Origin: Eledone cirrhosa
Taxonomy: Eukaryota
Assembly: GCA_964016885.1 (NCBI GenBank)
Contig: OZ024743.1
Span: forward strand, 90,272,001-90,336,000
Direction: 5' to 3'
DNA: 64,000 nucleotides
Shown: positions 1-9,258 of the stretch, in pieces
How the letters are laid out: the number at the start of each line of letters is the position of its first letter
How positions within the stretch are numbered: position 1 is the stretch's first letter
Notes under the pieces: model-generated
Told to the model about the DNA's origin: nothing
Database searches by the model: none
The model's input: only the letters and a program-made list of their open reading frames with translations
Made by a program: the position numbers and the translations under genes

Positions 1-235
1 ATACGTACGTACCTGCATACTCACACAGACGCAAAACTCACGTATACACATAGCCGAACCAGAATATATAAAAAAATTATACGCCATAACAATCAAATAT
101 ACGTACAAGAAGGTATACGTACCTTCACAAAACATACGGATAATATATACTTACCTATGCAAATAAGTAAAGGTATAAACAAAACATATACTTAGCTCCC
201 ACATCGAGACGTAAAATATCCACGTATAGATCGTA

Positions 236-1327
236 CTATCCGTTAGGGTATAACGTGGGGCTGTAATACAGGAAAGTTTTGTGCAATTTATGTTTACAAG
301 CCGAAATTGCCTCAGATTTTTTGTTTAAGATGTGGTCTGTGGCGTAGAGTATTTCCAGGGCCTCAGCGGCGCAGAGGTCACATGGTCTTTTATTTCCGTT
401 ATACGATCTAGCCCTAGCTAGGATCTCCCAGTGTAACTTATATTGGGTGTGGTTGTCTTTTAGACTCCAGATATAAGCTGAAAGTGACGTCATATTCCTT
501 CTTAGAGGGTAACGAAAAGAATGGGTATGCATGTAAAGACGCTGCTTGAATCTATTGGCGGTTAACCCTATGTGGGCCCTACGGGACGTGGGTGTTACAA
601 CCTTACATTTGTAGACAATGTTACTAGAGAGGCATTTCCCGGATAGGGGGGCAATCAACCCGATTCCTACAATTACAGTTAGTACTAACTACAGGGTTGC
701 ACGTGTTCCTACGGCTAGGTAGTTTAGCTAAATTTGAAGCTGTGATGTTATGTGCAAGGTTAGGAGTCGTAGAGTAAAAAATTGTAATAGTATTTCTATT
801 AAAAATTGTACTATATTTATGTGTAGGGGGAAAATGCTTCGTAATAAGGGAAAGAAAGATCTTAGCTAATGGTGTGGCCACCTCCATATTATATGGTGGG
901 TATACCAACAAATGCGACGGGATCTATTACTTCTAGGTCTATTTTCGTACTCTGTATATGCTACCTTATCGACAAATCCACTTCGAGCAAGAGCTTCATT
1001 GTAATAAGTGGAATGGTCGTTGAAAATACGCTCGTTGGTGGAAAGACGGGAAAGCCTCAACGAAACGTTTCTTACCAGGTTCTTGGTTATGCTGGCAGGA
1101 TGGTTGGAATGCTTACTTATGTAATTAAGCGTATCATTCGGCTTTCTATACGGGTAATACAACCCATTCAATAAGTTGAGGGTAACGTCGAGGTAATTAA
1201 CGACCGAGAGATTGGCCTCAACCTGTATAGAGAGGTTGAAGCCTTTAAAGAAGGCTGTGAGTTCTTTTCTGAACCTGTCGCAAGCACGAGGTCCGCACTT
1301 AGTCATGGTCAAAAGACCATCGTCACG
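236..1327 (-). mobile_element. Penelope-like retroelement, 5'-truncated: RT C-terminal half/thumb, Cys linker and GIY-YIG endonuclease, with two frameshifts
   Basis: The reading starts RDDGLL (remnant of the catalytic YRDDG motif, 1327 downward). It continues VNYLDVTLNL..YYPYRKPND..YISKHSNHP, then PPYNMEVAT..KHFP..IFNRNT, CNCR..CPLSGKCL..IVYKCKV..HIGLT..FKQRLYMH..LSAYIWSLK..CDLCAAE..LNKKSE..CKH. These segments come from ORFs 866-1312, 624-911 and 236-658, joined by a 1-bp deletion near 900 and a 1-bp insertion in the G6 run at 646-651. Confidence 0.93.
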
Positions 1328-1389
1328 GGGTTGTTATTTCACTGAGGAACTGGAATCATGATTCCAGTTCCTCAGTGAAATAACAACCC
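1328..1389. repeat. Perfect 62-bp palindrome at the PLE 5'-truncation junction
   Basis: GGGTTGTTATTTCACTGAGGAACTGGAATCA|TGATTCCAGTTCCTCAGTGAAATAACAACCC, with no spacer and centre at 1358/1359. Confidence 0.97.
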
Positions 1390-1472
1390 AACCAGGAACT
1401 TGGCATATCAGAGTATTGACAATATTATACACCTCAACAACATATGTACTTGTCTATACCATACTAATTCAA

Positions 1473-1527
1473 ACTGCCTGAAGAGGTCACAGCCAAAGAT
1501 GGCTGTCACTGAAATATATATAGCAGT
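1473..1527 (+). ncRNA. Minimal type-I hammerhead ribozyme motif (PLE pLTR, family A)
   Basis: Stem I ACTGC/GCAGT; core CTGAAGA (1478-1484); stem II GGTCACAGCCA-AAGA-TGGCTGTCACT; GAAA (1511-1514); palindromic TATATA stem III; AUA cleavage triplet (cut after 1522); AATAAA immediately downstream (1528-1533). Confidence 0.88.
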
Positions 1528-1550
1528 AATAAACGAAGCTGAATTTTAAT

Positions 1551-1803
<253 letters not shown>

Positions 1804-1949
1804 TTTGAGTTTATGTTGGTTGTATACCAACACTTCAGTATGCAGGCTGGAGCACTCGACGAAGTGCGCAGGTTGGTTTGGTTACTCCGGAGTAGTGTAA
1901 AATAAAGTTAAATAAAAAGTCAAATGATTAAAATTCAGCTTCGTTTATT

Positions 1950-2004
1950 ACTACTATATATATTTCAGTGACAGCCATCTTTGGCTGTGACCTCTTCAGG
2001 CAGT
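1950..2004 (-). ncRNA. Minimal type-I hammerhead ribozyme motif (family A, second copy)
   Basis: Reverse-complement copy of 1473-1527. The 3' strand of stem I is GTAGT, so a G-C pair becomes a G.U wobble. Confidence 0.86.
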
Positions 2005-2087
2005 TTGAATTAGTATGGTATAGACAAGTACATATGTTGTTGAGGTGTATAATATTGTCAATACTCTGATATGCCAAGTTCCTGGTT

Positions 2088-2149
2088 GGGTTGTTATTTC
2101 ACTGAGGAACTGGAATCATGATTCCAGTTCCTCAGTGAAATAACAACCC
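2088..2149. repeat. Second copy of the perfect 62-bp junction palindrome
   Basis: Identical to 1328-1389. Confidence 0.97.
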
Positions 2150-2473
2150 CGTGACGATGGTCTTTTGACCATGACTAAGTGCGGACCTCGTGCTTGCGAC
2201 AGGTTCAGAAAAGAACTCACAGCCTTCTTTAAAGGCTTCAACCTCTCTATACAGGTTGAGGCCAATCTCTCGGTCGTTAATTACCTCGACGTTACCCTCA
2301 ACTTATTGAATGGGTTGTATTACCCGTATAGAAAGCCGAATGATACGCTTAATTACATAAGTAAGCATTCCAACCATCCTGCCAGCATAACCAAGAACCT
2401 GGTAAGAAACGTTTCGTTGAGGTTTTCGCGTCTATCTACTAACGAGCGTATTTTCAAAGACCATTCCACTTAT
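2150..2473 (+). mobile_element. Penelope-like RT fragment (second, doubly truncated copy)
   Basis: CGT GAC GAT GGT CTT TTG = RDDGLL..., continuing to ...NERIFKDHSTY and then running into (TA)n. Confidence 0.9.
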
Positions 2474-2482
2474 ATTATATAC

Positions 2483-2534
<52 letters not shown>

Positions 2535-2680
2535 ATACTTTGGGAGGGTCATGTTGCCAATAAGAAACACACGCACCAGTTGCTTTCACTTCAATTTATT
2601 ATAATAAATTTATAAATTTAGGAATTTATAAATTTCCAGTTGGTTGGTTGGTTCCACAACCAGATGGTTGTTTATATATT

Positions 2681-2723
2681 GTCAAAGTTCTTTCGTCACA
2701 CATTCTGTGACCTCTTCAGTGAC
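2681..2723 (-). ncRNA. Minimal hammerhead ribozyme motif (family B, slightly degenerate) within a PLE-pLTR-like island at 2531-2800
   Basis: The minus strand reads GTCA-CTGAAGA-G-GTCACA gaatg TGTGAC-GAAA-gaac-TT-TGAC. This gives stem I GTCA/TGAC, a 6-bp stem II and a CUU triplet. Confidence 0.72.
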
Positions 2724-2800
2724 TGGGGATTATTTTCTTTGTTTTTGTGCCTCTCCTTTGTTCTGTCCTACGCCATCTTGTTTCTGTGTGTGTCAGAAAC

Positions 2801-2832
<32 letters not shown>

Positions 2833-2929
2833 ATATATATATATATATAATATAATATATATATATATATAATATAATATATATATATATATAATATAAT
2901 ATATATATATATATAATATAATATAATAT

Positions 2930-3024
<95 letters not shown>

Positions 3025-3063
3025 TATATATATATAATATATATATATATATATAATATATAT

Positions 3064-3095
<32 letters not shown>

Positions 3096-3131
3096 ATATA
3101 TATATATATATATAATATATATAATATATAT
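2801..3131. repeat. (TA)n interrupted microsatellite
   Basis: Direct reading. Further tracts lie at 2474-2530, 3299-3468 and 3864-3979. Confidence 0.97.
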
Positions 3132-3576
3132 GCAAAAGTTCTATTTAAAATTGTTGGGATACAACAAGTAAATATTTTATAACTGATATAAAGCACTCGA
3201 CAAGTTTTGGGATACTATATTTTAATTTGGTATCCCTGAAATATGTATAATGAAATAAATATGGTTTTATAAATATAGTTTCCATTTATTAATATCGTAT
3301 ATAATATATATAATATATATATATATATATATAATATATATATATAATTTATATATATAATATATATAATATATATATATATAATATATATATATAATAT
3401 ATATATATAATATATATAATATATATATATATATAATATATATAATATATATATATATATAATATATATGGAAAAACTAGTAAATATTTATAACTGATAT
3501 AAAAGCACTCGACAAATATTTGGAGTATATTTACAATATTAAATAAATGGAAAACTATATTTATAAAACCATATTT

Positions 3577-3640
3577 ATTTCATTATATATATTTCGGGGA
3601 TATCATATTAACAATATGCTATGCCTTCATCAGACAAAAT
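3577..3640 (-). ncRNA. Minimal hammerhead ribozyme motif (family C), left arm of the palindrome
   Basis: Mirror image of 3755-3818. Confidence 0.7.
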
Positions 3641-3754
3641 ACAATATAAACAGTTTTATAGATAAATAGATTCGACATACCGTTATAACACCGACTGAAG
3701 TCGGTGTTATAACGGTATGTCGAATCTATTTATCTATAAAACTGTTTATATTGT

Positions 3755-3818
3755 ATTTTGTCTGATGAAGGCATAGCATATTGTTAATATGATATCCCCG
3801 AAATATATATAATGAAAT
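3755..3818 (+). ncRNA. Minimal hammerhead ribozyme motif (family C), right arm of the palindrome
   Basis: Stem I ATTTTGT/ATGAAAT (two wobbles); CTGATGA at 3762-3768; imperfect stem II with a CATATT/AATATG core and A-C at the closing pair; GAAA at 3800-3803; TATATA; AUA triplet; overlapping AATAAA. Confidence 0.7.
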
Positions 3819-3888
3819 AAATATGGTTTTATAAATATAGTTTTCCATTTATTTAATATTGTATATAATATATATATATATATATATA

Positions 3889-3983
<95 letters not shown>

Positions 3984-4363
3984 CTATCTTTCTACATAGA
4001 TATTTATTTATCTAGCTAGTCTTCTATCCATCTTAAAATATAATCACAAAAATTCTAGGAAACAAGGTGGAGAGATTTCAGTCGGCAACAATCAATTTAT
4101 ATTCCTATGTGTCTATTCATCTATTCGTTTATATATTATGCCTGTGACTATTCAGTTAACAAGCTGGCTTGCAAGTTAACTACTCAGCTTCCTACTTCTT
4201 TTTCCTATCCATTCATTTTTGCTCCTATATATCGTATTTACTGTTGTATTTTATAAATCTAAGACATTGGATATATTTGAACACGTTGAATGACAGGCGA
4301 GATTAACGACTGAATAATAATAAATATTATCTGAAGAATGGGATGATTTCGTAGAGGAATCCC

Positions 4364-4771
4364 TTAACCCTTTCGGTTCAATATTTCTAAAAGACAGTTT
4401 CCTATGATTTACAAATAATTTTGGGGATGCAATCAAGAATTTTGAGGGATTTCGTAATGTAACTAACTTGTCCGTTATTTAGCTAGTGTTTGGAATATAA
4501 CTTAACAAAGGTTCTTACATAAAATTATGATGGAACGGTTTTAGATAAATATAAACTCTTCCATTACCATATTTCTAATGAAAGACCCTACCTATGGTTT
4601 TCAAATAATTTTGAAAAGTAATCAAGAACATGAAGGGATTTAGTGAATATAACTAACTTTCTTACTATTAAGCTGTTGTTTGGAACATAGCTTAACAAAG
4701 GTTCTTACATAAAATTACGAGGGAACGTTTGTATCATTGAACCAGAGGCGGTTTGGGACTATAAGGGTTAA
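4364..4771. mobile_element. piggyBac-type non-autonomous element (MITE) with TTAA target duplication
   Basis: TTAA-CCCTT (4364-4372) ... AAGGG-TTAA (4763-4771). It carries an internal imperfect ~190-bp tandem duplication, and related diverged sequence lies at ~14120-15154 and ~24620-24770. Confidence 0.7.
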
Positions 4772-4839
4772 CTAAATCTAGCTCTGTATATTTTGGTGCA
4801 TTATATTTGTAGGTTCTTAGCAATAATTAATTGTATTTT

Positions 4840-5045
4840 GACAGAATCGGTAGAGCGTGTAACATTATGCTTTGCGGCAATTAATTACGACTCTTTACGT
4901 TCTGGTTTCAAAACGCCGCCGAGGTTAGCTTTGTCGTTCATCCTTACGGGATCGTAAAATAAAGTACCAGTCACGGACTAGGGTCGATTTAATAGACTTT
5001 CCTCTTCCCCAAAATTGCTGGCCTTGTGCTTAAGTCAAAAACCAT
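4840..5045 (+). mobile_element. tRNA-derived SINE (octopus-type), diverged
   Basis: A-box-like CAGAATCGGTAGAGCG and B-box-like GGTTTCAAAACGCC. The body (TTCATCCTTACGGGATCG..AAATAAAGTACCAGTC..GGGTCGATTTAATAGACT..CCCCAAAATTGCTGGCCTTGTGC) resembles octopus SINEs as recalled. Confidence 0.75.
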
Positions 5046-5539
5046 TATGTGTTTATATCTGTGTTTATATTTTCATTCTGTAAGAATTATAAACAAGTTG
5101 TAATGTTATTGATACAACTGTGAATAATATAAAAACCTGATAAAAAATGATAAAAATGCCACTAAGTTAAATTTTTTCAAGCAAAAAGTTTATATAGAAA
5201 CATCCGATTACTATTTACATCAAAAGTTATTCCATAAAAAAAATATGTTAGTAATAATCTATAGTATATTTTTCTGATATTGCCTTATATTTTAATATAT
5301 TTTCTAATATTCTTCTTTTCCATGTCCTGTGAAGAAAGGGATAATTTGGTAGTGGAACCTTTTAAAACAGCAGTGCATTGTCAGACAATGTGTGACTGAG
5401 ATCAATAAGTATTAGCTGTGTTTCTTAACGGAATAATCTGTAGCAGAAGAAGACATCCTCGTGTACTTGTATTTTCTTATTTTCTCTTCTCACTGCACAT
5501 GTAGTATGGTGGGATTAGGTTCTTATAGGCCTGTTCGGT

Positions 5540-7300
5540 GTAGGTTAACCAGGGGCTATATAACAACATATAGTGGTTATTATAAGTCAGGGCCAATCTA
5601 CACAACAGAAACATCAACATTTAGTTATGGCTAAACTAGGGTTACACAACAACATCTAATTAGGGATAACCCGGGGTTGCACAACAATATCAACATCTGG
5701 TGAGTGCTAGCCTGGAATTAGACAACAATATCAACATCTGGTGAGTGCTAACCTGGGATTAGACAACAATATCAACATCTAGTGAGAGCTAACCTGGGTC
5801 TACATATTAACATCTAGTTAGGGGATAACCTGGGATTACACAACAACAACTAGTTAGGGCTAAATTGGAGCTACGCATCAACATCTAGTTAGGGATAACC
5901 CGGGATTACACAACTTCTAGTTAGTGCTAACCTGGAGTTAAACAACATCATCTGGTTATGGTTAACCAGGGGCTACAAAGCAACATCTGGTTAAGGCTGT
6001 CCAGGGGCTATATAATAACATCTTGTGATCATCATAGGTATATTTTGTGAAGGTTAACCTAGGGTTACACAGCAACATCTCAGACCTGTCAACTCTCTCA
6101 CTACTTTGGGCTGGGTAAGAGATGTCTTCTCTTGTGAAAATGGCTATAGCTTTCATTATGTAAAATCTCCCCATTTTGCCTCATTTCTCCCCGTGTTGGG
6201 ACACTTTTTTCATGGTATTCCCTGTTTGTGTTTCTGGAGGTTAGCAGGTCTGACATCTTGTGGTTATTGTGGGTATATCCCGTCAGATTTAACCTAGGGC
6301 AACACAACAACAACAATATCTAGTGTTTATCATAAGTATATTCTGTCATGGCTAAACTAGAGTTACACAACATCATCTTGTGGTTATTGTGGGTGTATTC
6401 TAGGGCTACACAACAACAACGACATCAACATAAACAGACATCTAGTAATTATCATATGTCTGTTCTGTGAGGGCAATGCTAGAGGTAGATGATATCAACA
6501 TCTCGTGATTACCCTAGATATGTTCAGTCCAGACTGACAACAATAACTACGATAACTCTCCAAATATCGGTCGCTCTCCGACACGTTTGCGGTCGAGCCC
6601 GTAGCAGTGTAGAGTTTTGGTGTCCTTGACCCTAGGACCACCTCCCTACTCACCAACATCGGCACGGATTGGTTACCCGAAGGTGTGAGCCGTGTCACCC
6701 TCGCCATCCTCCGGGGAAACGCCTTCTCTATTTTGTCCGCCGGGGCTACGGGGCGGACACGCACGGGCTCCCATTTGCTCACAATACTGATAGATGAGAG
6801 TAACGGAGGCAGTGACAATGGGAGATTGGTTCCATTGCGTTCGAACCTGGTCTATATGTATATATATATATTTACCACATAACTATACTTACATACATAT
6901 ACTGATATAAACAATGACTAGAACATCTCATGATTATCATAGGTATATCCCGTCAGATTTAACCTAAGGCTACACAACAACAACTACAATGATGGATTGA
7001 CAGATTGAAGAGGGTTTAATAGTTATATCTTGAACTGTAGCTAAAACTACAACGACGACGACATCATCTCGTGGTTATCATGGGTATATCCCGTTAGATA
7101 TAACCGAGGGTTACACAACAACAATATCGACAACACCCCGTAGTTATTGTAGGTACATCCCATCAGATTTAAGGTAGGGTAACAACATCAATATCGACAA
7201 CATCTCGTCGTTATCATGAGTATATCCCGTCAGATTTAACCGAGAGCTACAGAACAACAGTAACAACATCAATATCGACAACATCTCGCGGTTATTGTAG
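5540..7300. repeat. Old degenerate minisatellite (GG(T/C/A)TAACC(T/A)GGG(C/T/A)TACACAACAACATCT...), ~35-40 bp units grading to ~65-70 bp units, with interruptions
   Basis: Recurrent AACC-GGG-TACACAACAACATCT motifs at 5540-6080, 6250-6500 and 6920-7300. Confidence 0.75.
6550..6850 (+). mobile_element. 3' fragment of an RLE-type (CRE-clade-like) non-LTR retrotransposon, pseudogenised
   Basis: The frame from 6562 reads KYRSLSDTFAVEPVAV*SFGVLDPRTTSLLTNIG...RVTLAILRGNAFSILSAG. This matches the KY..PxAVExxG..R(I/V)SxAIxRGNA endonuclease tail, with TAG at 6610 replacing the conserved E. It is a GC-rich island ending in (TA)n. Confidence 0.8.
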
Positions 7301-7484
7301 ATTTGTTAAAGAGGAGTATACACTCGTGTTTTCTACCTGCAGTCATTCATTGAGTATGGTGTAGAGTGAGGGGAAAACCACAGGATATCACACACACACA
7401 CACACACACAGGGTCGCACACGTGCACGCACACACATATACATACAGTAACAGTAGTACACACACACACACACACACGTGCACA

Positions 7485-7673
7485 CGACCAAACGAACGAT
7501 GGACCTCCGTTGGTTTCGACGATCAGTGTTCCAGTTGTTTGGTTAATGGAACAGCCTACTCACGAAATTAACGTGTAAGTGGTTGAGTATACCACAGACG
7601 CGTGTACCCTTAATGTAAGTAACTCTCTCGGGTATTCAGCGTGGCACAGTGTATAATAAGGCTGGCCCTTTAA
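7485..7673 (+). mobile_element. Cephalopod SINE central/3' fragment
   Basis: GGAACAGCCTACTCACGAAATTAACGTGTAAGTGGTTGAG..CCACAGACGCGTGTACCCTTAATGTA..CAGCGTGGCACAGTG..AAGGCTGGCCCTTT resembles an abundant octopus SINE as recalled. It is flanked by (CA)n and (CATA)n. Confidence 0.6.
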
Positions 7674-8056
7674 ATACATACATACACACATACATACATA
7701 CATTACATTATATACATAGATACAAACATGCATGCATACAAACATACATTACATTTCATTATATACATACATACATACACACATACATACATACACACAT
7801 ACACACATGCATGCAGACATACATGAATACATACATACACACATGCATACATACATTACATTATATACATAGATACAAACATGCATGCATACAAACATAC
7901 ATTACATTTCATTATATACATACATACACACATACACACATGCATGCAGACATACATGAATACATACATACACACATACACACATGCATGCAGACATACA
8001 TGAATACATACATACACACACACATACATACACATAGACATGTATACACACACACG
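7674..8056. repeat. Compound (CATA/CA)n microsatellite with internal block duplications
   Basis: 7690-7770 is repeated at ~7848-7926, and the ~40-bp unit CACACATGCATGCAGACATACATGAATA occurs 3 times. Confidence 0.9.
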
Positions 8057-8317
8057 CCTATCTATCAATTGATGACAACACTACGGGACAAAGAACAGTC
8101 CTAAATCGTTGTTATAGTTGTTACTGTTGTTGTTGTTTGTGGTTGTATTGTTACTGTTGCAGTTGGTGATGAGGCTTATGGTGAAGATGACAGGGAGTTC
8201 GAAGGGAAGATATGGCGGTAGGGAACAAGAGCTGCAGAGTGTGAAGCAATTGTAACGATGATGATGATGAGGAGGTGAAGGATGAAGAGGAGAAAGATAA
8301 ACAAATATGTATGTGTG

Positions 8318-8319
<2 letters not shown>

Positions 8320-8388
<69 letters not shown>

Positions 8389-8688
8389 AATATGGTTTTA
8401 TAAATATAGTTTCCATTTGTTAATATCGTATATATATATATATATATATATATAGGCATACATATATGCATATGTGTATGTGCTATATATATGCATATGT
8501 ATATGTGATATATATATGCATATATATATATATTGGTATATATAAGCGTATGTATGTGTATATATATAGGCATATATATGCATATGTATATTTATATATA
8601 GGTATATATATATATGCATGTGTATGTGTATATATACAGGCATATATATACGTGTGTGTATATATATATATAGGCATGTATATATTCA

Positions 8689-8729
<41 letters not shown>

Positions 8730-8826
8730 GCATATATATATATATATGCATGTATATATATATAAGCATATATATACATGCATATACATACATATTTTGG
8801 CATATACATATATATATATATATTCA

Positions 8827-8866
<40 letters not shown>

Positions 8867-8928
8867 CATATATATGCATGCATATACATACATATTTTGG
8901 CATGTATATATATATATATATATATATA
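8320..8928. repeat. (TA)n and (TA/TG/CA) compound microsatellite, containing a fragment of the family-C pLTR (8381-8430)
   Basis: ATGAAATAAATATGGTTTTATAAATATAGTTTCCATTT matches 3250-3287. Confidence 0.9.
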
Positions 8929-9036
8929 GTAATAGTAAAAGCAGCAGTTGAGGAGTCACCTACCTTGACAGAGTATTATATCCAATACTGTGCTACAGAA
9001 AAAGTACACTGTGTGTAGCAGGAAATATAGCAGTTA

Positions 9037-9147
9037 TAGTAGTAGTAATAGTAGTAGTGGTAGTAACAGCAGCAGCAGCAGCAGTGGTGGTAGTAGCAGC
9101 AGCAGCAGTGGTAATAGTAGCAGCAGCTGTAGTAGTAATAGTAGTAA

Positions 9148-9179
<32 letters not shown>

Positions 9180-9180
9180 A
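9037..9180. repeat. (AGT/AGC)n trinucleotide tract
   Basis: Direct reading. Confidence 0.9.
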
Positions 9181-9258
9181 GTGCTGCACTTTTTTGTTAA
9201 TGAGTGTCTATTGCTCAACCCTTCCTCCCCCTTCATTTGCACCCTCACTGCTGCTTCC

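Larger units (their letters stand above)
3532..3863. repeat. 332-bp fold-back palindrome (165-bp arms, 2-nt GA loop) of a PLE pLTR-like sequence
   Basis: The centre reads ...TATAACACCGACT-GA-AGTCGGTGTTATA.... Paired positions sum to 7395 and the arms match to 3532/3863. Confidence 0.96.

Noticed and set aside
869-1174. Plus-strand ORF (also 18830-19168 and 19208-19609)
   Set aside because: Antisense shadows of the PLE and RTE coding frames.
4331-4337. CTGAAGA hammerhead-like core
   Set aside because: No stem II/GAAA/stem I arrangement follows it.
6101-6316. Possible terminal coding exon on the minus strand (..NGEILHNESYSHFHKRRHLLPSPK*)
   Set aside because: A unique island with no recognisable homology and ambiguous acceptors, so support is insufficient.
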